The notes under the pieces are model-generated. The model was given only the letters and a program-made list of their open reading frames with translations. It was not told the origin of the DNA and made no database searches. Of a stretch of DNA of 64,000 nucleotides, positions 39,554 to 53,740 are shown piece by piece; position 1 is the stretch's first letter, and every line of letters starts with the position of its first letter. The stretch comes from Eledone cirrhosa (taxonomy: Eukaryota). The translations under genes were made by a program, and so were the position numbers. The stretch covers positions 214,892,001-214,956,000 of the forward strand of contig OZ024742.1 of NCBI GenBank assembly GCA_964016885.1, in the 5' to 3' direction.

Positions 39554-40380
39554 AATAATATAATATACTTTTTGTTGTAGTTGGCTGTTATTGCTGCTGG
39601 CTATGTCGGTGGTGGTGCCGGGACTTTTTATATTGTTGGTGAGGAAGGGGTGAGCCAGCAGTCCCATAATTGTTGATGTAGACGTTTGGCCGTGGCAAGG
39701 TCACCAAGTCAATCTATTTATATCTTTTGCTAGCCTCTCTCTTGTCTAGTGCTACCGCCACCTTCCCTTTTCTCTCTCAAGTTAACAGGGGAATAGTGTC
39801 AGTAGCACTGAATGAGTGGTGGCGGCGATGATGGATGTGGTGGGGTGGTGGCAGCGGTGGTGTTGTGGTTACTGATATAGTATCTATGAGTTTGTGTTCG
39901 TATGTTTAATATATATTTTCATTATATTTTGTGTTGACATATTCCCGTAAAATTTGAATTAAACATTTTTTAAAATTTGAGACAATAATAATAGTAATTA
40001 TTATTATGATGCCGGTGAAATTGCCGTTATCTGGTGTGATAGGATAGGTAGTGTATCAAGTTTCTGGTGTTGGTGAAATTGAAATTGCCGCTGTTCTGTA
40101 TAGTGTAGACAGAGGGTGTTTTGTTCCATTTATAACCATTTTCTTTTTTTTGAATACAAAATATATAATACAAAATTGAATATTTGAGCGATACAACAAT
40201 ATAATATGGATCCGAAACTTTATGGGACCTCATTCGGTGCCTTTATGCAACATTTGTGCTAAGAATTGTTCTTTCACAATTGATTTAAATATGTTAAAAA
40301 TCAGAAAACTTACGGGAGCAATTTCGTGACGTTCTACCACCTCGTGCGTCTTCTTCCCTTATTATTATTATTATTATTAA

Positions 40381-40414
<34 letters not shown>

Positions 40415-41180
40415 GGCGACCTACGTAGGAAATCGTATTATCCTGAGCTCCACAAAGGTTTGTTGTTTTCAGTTGTTTTAAATAGCCAGTTATGGAAAAT
40501 GTTTTTTGTTAAGTGTTTATAAGTTCATATATATTGCGTTCTGAAAAGGACACTCAATAATATTAGGGCCTTGAGCCCAAAATTTAAACTTTATTTTATC
40601 AAACAAAAATTTCTTTGGAAAAAAAAAAACATGGACGGCATACAGCTACACAAATCTGCTGACAGCGTTTCTAACATACTAACATCCCACCACCACCATC
40701 ATTGTAAACCTTGCTACGGTTGCTAACACTGAAAATATAAGTAATATCAGTGGCAATTATTTATATTTGTCACATGCAGACATGGATTTCCCGCCATTAC
40801 CAATGTCTACAGGTGTTCAAGCCGCCATACCCACCACCACAAAAAAGAACAACCAACACTACTGATACCACCACCACCACCACCACCACAGCAACAACTG
40901 AAACGAAAAATAAATTATCTCGTGATATCGAAATGGATTCTCCCAAAATCAACTCTTCCACGCCGAACACCACTGACACCACCACCACCGCCACAACCGA
41001 AAGTAAAAATAATAACATAAATAACAATAACAACAACAGCAACAATAAGAATAACAACCACAACAAGAACACCAGCACAAAACCAAAAGTGTCGTTTGCT
41101 AAAGCGGCAAACAAAAACGAAACGGTTGAGGTAATCCAGGAAGAATTGAATGAAGCCAAGCTAATGGTAAACAAAAATAT
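40415..41180 (+). mobile_element. probable L1/Tx1 5' end (5' UTR + low-complexity ORF1 N-terminus)
   Basis: Follows (TTA)n. Thr/Asn-rich ORF ending in KVSFAKAA, resembling the S[YF]AxA motif of L1/Tx1 ORF1. Confidence 0.45.
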
Positions 41181-41187
41181 GTTCTTT

Positions 41188-41605
41188 AAGAGCGAACGTC
41201 TGTATGTCTACATGTTTGTTTTGTGTACATTTTTCGTTGTCTTTATAATACGGGCTGAATAACATCATGGACGCCCATAACGAAGCTCCCCACAAGATTT
41301 GAAGTAAACCGAACACCATCGACAAAACAATAATAAAAACACTAAGAAAACGAAGTGGAAGCAATGTCAAATACCAAAGAAGCCTACAAAAAATAAATTT
41401 TCGTCCTTATAACATAATTTTCTTCGTTAAAATAACGGCCCACATGTGTAAATAAAGAAACTGAATATCAGCCGCACCACTACTAAGAATTTTAAATTAA
41501 AACAAAAAGAAAAACGATATATGTAAGTAACAAACTTTATTGATTATAATACACAACGAAAAATGTACACAAAACAAACATGCAGAAATACAGACGTTCG
41601 CTCTT
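41188..41605. mobile_element. MITE with ~60-bp terminal inverted repeats
   Basis: aagagcgaacgtctgtatgtctacatgtttgttttgtgtacatttttcgttgt (from 41188) is inverted at ~41550-41605 with few mismatches. TTAA at the left end. Confidence 0.75.
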
Positions 41606-41820
41606 TGAAATTAAAGAAAAAAATATTTGAAGAAGAGAGACAGTCGTAGACCGGATGACACACGTGCTTACTTCGAGGAGTAAGTTTTGTTTAATTTGGT
41701 ATTCCCTAACACGAAATTCGACAAATTATTTCACCACTTATTTCTACAAATAATCTGACACTAGTTGTGAGAACTGCATAAATATTGCAATCGCTGTTTA
41801 CATATTATTATTTGAAGGTG

Positions 41821-42381
41821 AATTGGCAGTATCGGTAGAGAGTCGGACGCCATGCTTTCCAGCATAGTTACGTCCCTTTACGATTTCAATTCAAACCCCG
41901 CCGAGATTGACTTTGCCTTTCATCCTTACGGGGTCGATAAAATAAAGTACCAGTAATGCACTGGGTAATTGCTGGCCTTGTGCCTAAAGTAGAAACAATT
42001 ATTTGAAGGTGAATTGGCAGTATCAGTAGAGGGTCGGACACCATGCTTTGACGCATAGAGTTACGGCCCTTGCCATTCTGAGTTCAAATACCACCTAGGT
42101 TAACTTTGCCTTTCATCCTTACGGGGTCGATAAAATAAAGTACCAGTAAAACACTGGGTAATTGCTGGCCTTGTGCCAAAAGAAGAAACAATTATTTGAA
42201 GATTGGCAGTATCGGTAGAGGGTCGGATGGCATGCTTTGACGCAAGGAGTTACGGCCCTTGCCATTCTGTGTTCAAATCCCGCCGAGGTTAACTTTGCCT
42301 TTCATCCTTACGGGGTCGATAAAATAAAGTACCAGTAATGCACTGATATTTGCTGGCCTTGTGCCAATAGTAGAAACAATT
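41821..42381 (+). mobile_element. three SINEs in tandem separated by ATTATTTGAAG
   Basis: Units ~41821-42000, 42012-42193 and 42202-42381, belonging to two subfamilies. Confidence 0.92.
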
Positions 42382-43047
42382 ATTTGAAGAAAGGAAACGG
42401 AAAACACACTGTTTATTTCGGGGGATAAGTTCTGTTTAATCAAAAATCCGACTAATTATTATGCAATCATCTCTATGGCTGAAGATGTGAAAGGTCCATA
42501 TATATTTTTTTATATTTCCCCAATTCTTTTTTTACATTTTGGTCGATTTTGGCTAAATTTCAGATTTTGAAAGGAAAAATTGACGGTTGAAAGTTCACTT
42601 CTCTCTCCCACCACCACATTTACAACGACTTCCTCGCACATTCACACCAGTAAATCACCAATCTATTTTTAGACTCCTGTCACTGACCGCTACGTACCTC
42701 CCATCTCAGTGTGGGTATATATATGTGTGTATATGTATGCACGTGTGAATGTATATTTATGTATGTGTATGGAGCCTACACAAAGGACAAAAAAAAAAGA
42801 ATACTAGAAACCCCGCCCAATTTACACCTCAAACTCAAAATAGACAGAAATTAACACCGGAGTAGCAACTTCTATAAGCTACAATGTCACCCTACCCACC
42901 ACCGCTCCCAGAACCCCCAGCATTAATCTCCCTCCCATCACCACCAACACCACTCACACAACAAGTACACCTCTTACAGCTGCAACCATAACAATATCAC
43001 CTCAATCAACAACAGCAATGACCATAACTATACTGTTATAATAGTAA

Positions 43048-43236
43048 TAATTGTTTCTACTTTAGGCACAAGGCCAGCAATACCCAGTGCATTACTGGTA
43101 CTTTATTTTATCGACCCCGTAAGGATGAAAGGCAAAGTCAACCTCGGCGGGATTTGAACTCAGATCGTAAAGGGACGTAACTATGCTGGAAAGCATGGCG
43201 TTCGACCCTCTACCGATACTGCCAATCCACCGCCCT
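43048..43236 (-). mobile_element. tRNA-derived SINE, full length
   Basis: Reverse complement of the consensus in a TAA context. Confidence 0.92.
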
Positions 43237-43239
43237 AAT

Positions 43240-46200
43240 AATGATCACAGTGCCAGCCACCAAATACACTACCCAAAGAGCCGAGCAACTTTCTATGTAC
43301 GTCCAATACCATGCGTAACGCAAGCATATAGTGCGAGATGAACAAATAAAAATTAATACACAATACCAAATCGCTTTTCCTATGGTTAATTAGGAAGCGC
43401 GTCCTTCAGGAAGGTGCAAACCTGAGATCGAAAAGTCCTCCTCTGGCACAAACTCTTCTCCAATGATGGACCTGGATGGTCACTTGATCGGGGATTGCCT
43501 CAATTCGAGCCCTCCAGATCCACCACCCAAACCACCTGAAAAAGAAAAACCTAAAAGGATGAAATGGACCCGAGAAGATTATAAAGAAGTATTATATGCA
43601 TATTACTATGCATTAGGTAAGCCACCACAAGACAGACACACTTTAAACTCCTACAGAATCTGGAAAACTCGAAATCAAGCTAGCAGACGTGATATGGATG
43701 GAAATAAGTTGGCAAATGTAAGGAGGTATATCTTCAGAAATAATAGACTCACAGACACTGAACTAACTGCGATCTAGCAGGCTGTGGAGAATGACATAAA
43801 TATAAATGATGAAAGAACTGAAGAATCTCCTGGAGATAGTAACCAGTCACGAGTCTTTACCAAAAGACCTCCATCTGACCAAATCACAAATAGGTTTGTA
43901 GAAATGAGAAGCCCTATTGAACCCGCTGAAAATAGCCAGTAGAGGAAACAGTAATTGAAAACCAAACATCTGCTGAATACCACAGGGAGACTATGAAGGA
44001 ATTAAAGCAAAAAATATGAATGAGCTTGCAGTAGTAAGACATTCTAGTATAGATGATAGAGAACCACTTCAAAAACTCCCAAATACAATCCAAAATAGAA
44101 AACAAATAACTGTTTCTACATTTTTACACAAGGCCAGCAATTATCCAGTGTATTACTGGTACTTTCTTTTAAGGATGAAAGGCAAAGTTAACCTCGGCGG
44201 GATTTGAACTCAGAATGGCAAGGGCCGTAACTCTATGCGTCAAAGCATGGCATCCGACCCTCTACTGATACTGCCAATCCACCGCCAAAATAAGAAAACA
44301 AATAATTATTTCTACTTTTGGCACAAGGCCAGCAAATTACCCAGTACATTACTGGTGCTTTATTTTATCGACCCCGTAATGATTGGTAATTCTGTGAGAA
44401 AACAAATCATAGAAGAAATAGAACCTGATCTTACTGACCTAAATGAAATCATTTATGCATCTGCTAGAGTAATTGAAACAAGTTGTTTACCACCAAAAAA
44501 AATAAACAAAAAAACTCGAACCTTCGAGGTAAACCAATTTGGAGGAGTAGAATCGAAAAGTAGATTGACGTAATGAGAGGAGAAATATCTTTATTGAGTG
44601 AATTAACCGCTGAAAATGATATAAGATCCAAGAAGGTAAGAAAACTAAAGAGAAAATATGGAATGTCTTCTAGAGAAGCAATAGTTTCAACAAAAGAATC
44701 TCTCAAACAAAAATCTAAGTAAATGCCCACCGATTTCGTAGATTCGAGAAGCGAAACAACTTCTACAGGCAAAATAAGTTGTTCTCATCCAATGCAAAGT
44801 CATTTTATAGAGAAGTAGGGAAGAAAAACATAATTATTGAAGATCCCCCGTCCATAGAAGAAGTTGAACACTTCTGGAGTAAGATTTGGAGTGATGAGAA
44901 GACATATAATACTCATGTAGATTGGATTAGTCATCTGGAAAAATCCTACACAAATTTAGAAGAACAAGTGTGGGAAGACATCTCTCTAGCGGACTTAAGG
45001 ACAGCACTCAATAAATCTCATGAATGGAAATCTACTGGTAGAGACAGGGTGCCACATTTGTGGCTTTCCCCACTCCCGTGCACTCACAATGTATTGGTCA
45101 AGCTGTTTAATGGAATTATGAAAGATCAAATAAATACACCTGATTGGATAGCAAGTGGCATTACCTCCCTTCTACCAACGAACAACGGAACCAAAGATCA
45201 AAAAAAACTATCGGCCCATAACATGCTTGTCCACCACCTATAAACTATTAACCTCTATTCTCATGGAAAAAGCATACGTGTTTTTAGAGAACAAAACGGG
45301 TGCTGGCGAGGTTCATATGTTTGCGAAGATCAACTTTTGATTAATCGTATGATCCTTGAGAACTGTCATAATAAACACAGAAATCTCAGTTCTGCATGGA
45401 TCGATTATTAAAAAAGCCTTTGACAGCATACCACACTCATGGATTCTGAAATCACTGGACATCTTCAAAATCTCACCTGTGATCTCAAACTTTCTGAAGC
45501 ACAATATGTCATTATGGAACACAAATCGCCAATTGTCTCATTCCACTGGATTACTCTCTTCTGGGAATATAAACATCAACTGTGGTATATTCCAGGGTGA
45601 CTCACTTCCACCCTTGCTTTTCTGCATAGCTTTAATACCCCTTGTATAGAAGGGGGTACGGTTATAGAATTGACAACAAAAAAACAAGCCACCTATTTTA
45701 TATGGATGATTTGAAGCTATATTGCATAGATAATGACGAACTGGAGGGCCTTTTGCGGACAGTAAAAATGTTTAGCAATGACATCAGGATGGAGTTGCAA
45801 AAGACACTTTCAAGAAGGGGAAGCTTGTCAACTCAGACTTAGTTGAATTGGATGCTGAAACGATCAGAAAGGAACTTGAGCAAGAACAAACCTATAAATA
45901 CTTAGGGATTAATGGGGGCTCTGGCATACAGCATGCAAGTATGAAAGAGAGGATAAGGAAAGAATGTTACAGGAGAGTACGTGCAGTTCTGACATCAGAA
46001 CTAAACGCTCGTAACAAGGTGCTAGCCATAAATTCCTTGGCAGTCCCAGTTGGCACTTATAGCTTCGGTGTGTTGAACTGGAATATGAGTGAAATCTAAA
46101 GAATCGACACCAAAGTCCGTAAGCAGCTGACTTGTCATCGGATGCACCACCCAAAAGCAGATGTGGATCGTCTTTACCTTCCCAGAACTCTGGGAGGCCG

Positions 46201-47372
46201 TGGCCTGATCCAATTTGAACTTGCTTACAAGACCACCATCATTCAACTGGCCAAATACCTTGAAACCACTAATGACTGTATGCTGAAACTTGTTGAAAAG
46301 CATGAGAGAAGTAAGAAGTTTCATTCTATCTTGAAGGTGAGCAAAAAATATTCAAGTGATCTCATGTTTGATACCAAGGCTGGTCAGACTAAACAAACTG
46401 CTGCAACTGATGCTGGTAGGCATATAAAATCACTGGCAAAAGCAAAACGGCAAGGACAATTAGAATAAAATTGGCAGCAGATACTTCTGCATGGCAAATA
46501 TGTGGCCCGCAGCAAACAAGCTGATGTTGACCAAAAGCACACCCATCAGTGGCTACGTAGTTCAGTGCTAAAGGCGGAGAGTGAAGGCTTCATCTTAGCT
46601 GCCTACACTATCAAAGCTTATTGACTCGTAACTACCAGGCCAATGTGATGAGAAACGGAATAAACCCAAAGTGCCGATTCTGCAATGCTGAGGTTGAAAT
46701 AGTGGATCACTTAGTCTGTGGATGTAAAGTTTTAGCACCAGTAGAATACAAATATAGACATGACAGAGTTGGCCAATATCTACACTGGGTAATATGTCGG
46801 CATTACAATATCAAAGCTGAAGACAAGTGGTACAATCATCACTCTGAGGCTGTAACTGAAGGAGTAAAAGTAACAATACACTGGGACTTTCCTGTACATA
46901 CTGACAGGACTATAAAAGCAAATAGACCTGACATCATTGTCAAATATCAACATAACAAGACAAAAGAATATCACAATATCACAATATCACGGCAAAAGAA
47001 TTCGACAAGCTACGAAAATATAAATATCTGTTTATTGAAATTGAGAAAATGTGGCAATTCAAGGCTGATACGATACCAGTGATTGTTGGATGACTGGGAA
47101 TGATCAAGAAAGGAACAGAACAATATTTGCGAATGATTCCTGGTTCACCCCCTCTGCACAAGGTGCAAAACATTGTTTTGACTGGTACTGCACACGTATT
47201 GAGCACGATCTCTGTAAGATTGATATCCCTCCTTGTATTTACATATGCATGTGTACATGTGTATATATTTATACTTATTTTTTTAAATTATAATCAATGT
47301 GCTGTATTAACTGGTTTACCAATGCACACTGTGAATTTATTTGCTCTAGGTTCCAGGAAGACACTCAGAAAC
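43240..47372 (+). mobile_element. R4/Dong family C, near full length, decayed
   Basis: N-terminal RMKWTREDYKEV..DGNKLANVRR (43463-43777), RT pieces ([14 protein letters not shown]), CRFC..H...C, RHD and RPDI. The 3' UTR ends aaacaataat. Confidence 0.92.
44108..44378 (-). mobile_element. two SINEs (full 44108-44286, partial 44303-44378) nested in R4 family C
   Basis: SINE consensus, with target duplication agaaaacaaat present three times. Confidence 0.88.
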
Positions 47373-47397
47373 AATAATGAAAGAAAATAAAAATAAT

Positions 47398-49166
47398 TTT
47401 GGATCACCAAAAGCCTAGAGATCTTCAAGGTGGCAGATAACATCAGACAGTTGTTGAGCAAAAGAATGAAGTCCTGGAAAACAGTGTTAACATCAGCTGG
47501 AGAATCCTTGGGAGGCGTGAAGATCAAGAGAGGTATCTTCCAGGGAGATAGTCTGTCCCCTCTGTTGTTTGTCCTTGCCCTGATGCCCCTGACCATTATA
47601 CTGCGAAAAGTGAGAGCAGGATACAAGTTGGGAAAGGGAGAGCTTACCATCAATACACCTCCTCTTCATGGATGATCTTAATATCTTCGGAAAGAGTGAG
47701 AAGGAGTTGGATGTGCTTGTTGACACTGTCCGTATTTTCAGCAATGATATATGTATGCAATTTGGTATTAGTAAGTGTGGCTCCTTGTGATGAAGAGGGG
47801 TAAATTTAGCAGAAACAACGGAATCCAGGTACCAACAGGTGAGATGATAAAGGAAATTGACATTGAAGAAGAATACAAGTATTTGGGTACTCTGGAGGCT
47901 GATGACATCAAGAACAAAAGAAAATGAAGGAATTGATAAGATCTGAATACATTTGGAGAGTAAGGAGCGTATTAAAGTCACATCTGAACAGTAGGAATGC
48001 CATAAGTGCAGTAAATTCCCTAGCTGTGTCTATTATTAGGTACATTACGGGAATTCTGAGATGGAATGTTTTGAACAAAAAGAAATGGATAGGAAGATTA
48101 GGAAGCTATTGACTATCTACAACATGTTCCACAAGAGGAGTGATGTCGATAGACTCTACTTAAGGAGATCTGAAGGTGGAAGAGGTCTTATCAGCATAGA
48201 GGACTGTGTTCATATGGAGAAAAACAACCTACACAAATATGTGACTGATAGTAAGGAGCCAATGCTCAGAATTGTACACTAGACCAGGGGATGTCCAAGG
48301 AGGAAATAACAACAAGGAGGAAGAGCAGCCTTCATGAAAAATCCCTTCATTGTACCTTCTTTGAGAAAACTGAATTTAGAGATCAACAGATATGGAACTG
48401 GTTGAAAAGAGGAGACCTTAAAACGGCTACAGAAGGAATGCTAATGGTTGCGCAAGAGCAGGCCCTCAAAACGAAGTGGCTGAAACACCATATTTACAAG
48501 GAGGAGGCTAGCCCACTGTGCAGGATCTGTGGAGAGAGATGACACTGTGGCTCACATTGTATCCGAGTGTAAACACCTAACCCAGACTCAATATAAAGGC
48601 TGGAGACATGATGTGATGGGTAGAGTTAACCACTGGCACCTATGCAAAGTAAACAATTTACCACATTCTGAGAAGTGGTATGAGCATAAGCCAGAGTCGG
48701 TGATAGAAAACGATCAGCTGAAGGTGCTATGGAATTTTGGGATACAGACGGACAATAAACTGGAACACAATATACCTGACCTGGTGGTGTTGGACAAAGA
48801 AAAAAGATCGTGCCTGATTGTGGATGTGGCCTGCACATTCGACACGGGGGTGCAAGAGAAGGAGAGGGAGAAGATTAACCGATACCGGAACTTAAAATGG
48901 GAGGTAAAAAGGATTTGGAACTGCCATGAAGTCAAAGTGGTCCCAATTGTCATAGGCGCACTAGGTAATATCTCAAAAAGTTTCCAGGGATGGTTAAGGA
49001 AAATCGGCCCCGCCCCGCTTTTTGGAACACGTCAAACGGCATGCTTGCTGGGAATAGCAAAAACCCTCCGATACGTCCTGAATATCTGAGGCTGCAGGTA
49101 GTGGCTTGATATTCATTGCAACAAACTTTCCAGTTAAATAACATCCATGACTGAGACTCGAAGAAC
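47398..49166 (+). mobile_element. R4/Dong family B, 5'-truncated within RT
   Basis: ORF pieces 47430-49089 match the 30035-31960 copy. TAA tail. Confidence 0.93.
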
Positions 49167-49196
49167 AATAATAATAATATTAATAATATATATAAA

Positions 49197-52100
49197 GCTT
49201 TCTTTATTAACCACAACGGTTGATACAAAGTAAAACATTAAGGACAATACATGACAATACAGGACAATACAGGACGGTACAAATAGGCATTGCTGCGTGT
49301 GAAAAAAAAAACAGAGGAGGTAACAACAAAAGAAACAATGATAAATTCCCCAATAGATGGGAGACTTCCGAGGGACATTCGTGGAGAAAGACCATTAAAA
49401 AAGCCAAGGTGACCCTAACCACCGAGGCAAGTGCCCTCTCCCAGTTTTCCACCTTCAATTTACAGACACATACTCCGAGTAGGCCCATTTACTCGGGCCA
49501 TGCTGGCCTCTCTCACCCATCTTTCAGCAAAATGCTGGGAAGAACGCACTTCCCTCTCTACACTGATTTTCCTTTACAAATTGAATTTGAAAAAATTAAT
49601 CAGGGCATCACCGAAGAAGTAAGTGCTCGTCTTCAGCCCTTTCAAACGTGTCCATCACACTATTTCTTTCGCCATGGCAACCAGACAGATAAACTGGCTA
49701 AATGAAGACGGCGGGGCAATCCTCACGATGGACTCAGCTGGTTGCCAGGTCCGTCCTACACGTGACTACAGGATTTCGACATAAACCCACAAGTTTCAAT
49801 GCTCGGACACTGGACGAGTGCGTGCAGGACGGTTTCGTTGCCCTGCGTGCATCGTCGCCCTGTGCAGTAGTTTTTATCCCCAACTGGCAAAGCTCCTCGG
49901 TTGCACTGCCAGGCCAGGGATATCCGGAAGTTGTCCATAGGCCTCGGCCCGAAAGTTCTCCCGAAGAGATTGGCTAGTTGATTTTCGTCGACGTCCAGAG
50001 TTTCTCCAATTACGTCGTTGCTCTTCCCCTCTACTAATACGCTATAGAACGCTAAGGTGGATTTTCCACCGATCGCATTGCCCGACTGGTCGAGGGCTGT
50101 GAGCACCTGAATACATTCCAGTCTACAAGCGTTCCCTCTCTGTCTTCGCTTGACCCTGAAACTGCAACTCCGTCAAAGAGAGGAGCTGGGGAAACACGCG
50201 TCTAGCAAACGGCGACCACACCTGGTCACCGTCGAGGAAGACGTGGAGATGTCGTAGCTTGAGCGCGTGTCTGCGCATCATCAGTCATCCATCGGAGCGC
50301 GTCCCTTACACAAAAAGCGAAAGAACAAACGTTCCAGCGCAGTCAGAGGAGGTTTAGAACAAGACACGACGGTCAGGTGGTAACTGATGACGGACTCGCT
50401 GCACGCATTCGCAACCTCCGCTCGACCTTTCAGGGATAGTTTTCTCTCCGCCCATTTCTGGGTGAGAGAAGCCACTCTGCTCATCACCTCGTCCCAGTTT
50501 TTGCCCGTCTGGAGGTCCGGAACGAACCAGACCTCTAGCAATGTAACCGGTCCGTCTGCAAGTAACTGATCCGAACTGCACGTAACCGAATCTTCCTGGT
50601 TGAATATTGCTCCTGTCACCGCCTTGAATTCTCTTAGTGTAGTGCCGATCGCCTCGAGGTGTTTCGCATTCGACACCACTACGGTGACATCGTCTGTATC
50701 CCATTTCGCGCGGGGCCCCCCCTCAACGTCTCCAGTTTGTGCAGTAATAGCTCGAGAGTCAATACGTACGACAGGGACGAGAGGGGACAGCTCTGAAGAC
50801 CGGCTCAAAGCCAGCTGCCCTCAGGACTGCTGCCAGATAACGATGGTTGACCCTATCAAAATATTTCGACTGATCTAAATTGATCAAGGACCATGCAATG
50901 TTCCCTAGCTACCCTCTCCACGATGTATCGTATAAGGTGGAGGTTGTCGTGGATGGATCTATCTGGAATGACGCATGTGTGCGCATCTCTTACCAGATTA
51001 CCAACGACAAGCGCCATCCCCTTTGTTAGCATCTTGGCCAAAATCCTGAACTCTGTGTTTAGCAGAGTTATGGGCCTGAAATTACCTATGTTATGCCCCT
51101 TGTTCGGATCCGTTCTCAGCAGCGCCACCGCTCCTCGGCTCACATAACTGGGTATTCTCCCATTCTTTTGCCAGTTGATGTAGACGTCCGTCAAGATGTC
51201 TCCGAACAAGTCTGGCTTATGTACGTGAAGTTTGTAGGGCAGACCATTCACACCAGGCGATTTACCCCTTGTGTAGCCAGTCATTGCCTCCCGTACTTCA
51301 GCAGATGTTATCGGCTTTTTGCAACACTCCGCCTCAGTGGCCGAGATCCGCGGCAGTCAGTGGACATAGGCACTAAAGTCCATCCCGCGATCCAGCCTGC
51401 CGCTGGCCCCGAACAGCTGAGCGAAGTATCGCTGAAAAGCTTCACACATTTGCCTGGGATCAAGTACCACGCGCCCGTCGTGTCCACCAAAGACCGGATC
51501 GTGGCTTTGTTCCACGACGCGCCTCTGCCACTCGTGCCCATTGAACGGCTTTCGTCCCCCCGTGTCTGAGTCTGAGTGCATGCACCCTAGCTCTGACAAC
51601 GCAGCCTTCGTGCTTTGCAGTGAAGAATTTTCCGAGGTCCAATTTCGGCGCAAGACGTCGGTCGCGCGAATTTTACTAAGCGCCTCGTCTAATTTTCTAA
51701 CTAGTTCTCCCTCTGCTCTATTTTGCTCTATTGCTAAAGCCTTACTAAACCTAATGGACCTAATCTCTCTTTTCAGAGCAAACAACCATTTGTCATTGAC
51801 GATGGCCTCCATCAACGCCTGCTTAACTAGTTCGCTAATACGGTATCTGTAGGCCTTGCACTCTGTTAACAGCGCGTTTAGCTTCCAGCAGCCGGGTCCC
51901 TGTCTATGAAGCGTATCTGAGTCAACCACACAGATCACGAATTTTGGTACGTGTAGTCGACTATATTCAATTGTGTAGAGCCTATGCTAGATCTATCTAT
52001 TTCCCTACAAAATACCCTATCTAGATATGATCTGGATGACCCGATGCGGTTTAACCATGTCCACATTGGCAGATTCAGGAAATCCAGCCGGTAACTGTCA

Positions 52101-53740
52101 CACATTTGAAAACGTCAGAGTATGTTTGCGAGGTTCTTACACCTACCTCCCCTATCCGCTCATCCCCCACAATCCCAGCCACATCTTAGATCCTGTTCCA
52201 GTCGAACGCTAACACTAAAGAGCGGGATGTTCCAAGTGAGGTCTCTAGACGCCAGAAGAAATCGGGCCACCCTGCTCCTGTCGGGGCATAGACGGCCACT
52301 AGCCTGAAAGCTTGCCCGTCTCCGCTGGTCACATCCAGCACCACCAATTTACCTTCTGGGTCCAGGTAGATGGCTCAAATGGCGAGATCGAAGCCTCTTC
52401 GAAAAAGCACAGCAACTCCTTCCCCCCGACCCTGGACGGCTGGAACCGACGAAGATCGTTACTAGGGCTCATACTACGGATATTCTGTTCTCGCTGATGG
52501 CCACTACATTATTTTTAGTGACCTGAGGTCATTGAGCAGGTGGCCCTGCTTCCATGACGACCCCAGGCCACGCGCATTTATGCTGCCTATTCTGAGTAAG
52601 GTCATGTTTAAAAGGAGTGGAAAAAGATGGGAAAGACTACTTACTTCACTTCTTGCGGAGGAAGGATGTTTTTTCCGTCCTTCTCAATGTTTGTTTCCCC
52701 CTCCGGAAGGATGTCTTGATAAATCCTCCTGGAAAGTGTTTTTCCGTAGTCTCTGATGTCCTTGGCGAATTTTAATTTTAGTGTCGTGTATGTTTTCTGT
52801 GTGATGCGAGTGATTTGTACGTGTGGGGGTAGTGTGAACATTTGGGGTGTCGTATAGTATTTTTCTGTGATGCTGGTGTTGTGTTGGATGTAGTTTAATA
52901 ATTGGTTGTTGTTCAAATTTAATTGTTTCTACTTTTGGTACAAGGCCAGCAATTATCCCGGTGTATTACTGGTACTTTATTTTATCGATCCCGTAAGGAT
53001 GAAAGGCAAAGTTAACCTCGGTGGCATTTGAACTCAATCCGTAAAGGGACGTGACTGTGCTGCAAAGCATGGCGTCCGACCTTCTACTGATATTGCCAAT
53101 CCATCGCACTCAAATTTAATGCTGTGTAGTTTGTATCGTTTTCGTTGCTTTGATTTGTTTTCGTTTGATGTGGGTTTGTTCCTGTTTTGTTTGTTGGTGA
53201 GTTTTGTGGTGTTGGTGATGGTGGTGTTGGGGTTAATGATGCTTATGGCGTTGGTGATTGTGGTGATGAGGCTGGTGATGCTGGTGTGTGTGGTGGCATA
53301 GCTGTCTTAATTTTTTGTTAGTTTATTTGTTTGTTTCGCCCTGTATTTTGTTTTTGGAAGGCGATAGAAGTGGATTTTTTTCTTTTTTGTTTTCTTTTTT
53401 TTTCTTTTTTCCTGATACAGTTTCCCACTCCTCCTCGTCGTCACAGTCTGCCTCCAGTTGTAAGATATCGGGGAGTAGAACATCCTCCACTGGCTTTAGT
53501 TTTGGTTGTGGCGTGGTGGATGATGGAGGCGTTGGTGCTAATTCTGGCCCAGTGGATGGTGGTGGTGTTGGTTTTACTATTGTTGCTGCTACAGTTGCTG
53601 CTGTTGTTGCTGCTACATTTGCATCTGTTTTTGCTGCTACAGTTGTTGTTGCCATTTCTGCTGCTGGTTTTGATGCTTGAGTCACTGGGGTGAGCAGGAG
53701 AGGTGACCTCAACCTTTTAGTCTGAGAGCAGAAAGCCTTT
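49197..53740 (-). mobile_element. L1/Tx1-type LINE: ORF1 C-terminus + degenerate ORF2 (APE-RT-CCHC)
   Basis: ORF2 starts at 52605 (MTLLRIGSINARGL, APE). Also GPGCWKLN, KSPGVNGLP, NFRPITLLN, DDVTV and CTGR..ETVLHALVQC. RT has internal deletions. AATAAA near 49203. Confidence 0.9.
52921..53107 (-). mobile_element. SINE inserted in Tx1 ORF1
   Basis: Consensus match with TSD tcaaatttaat. Confidence 0.9.

Noticed and set aside
41806-42390. Repeat-spacer pattern superficially like a CRISPR array
   Set aside because: The long units are homologous SINEs and the short repeats are TSDs. The context is eukaryotic and there are no cas genes.
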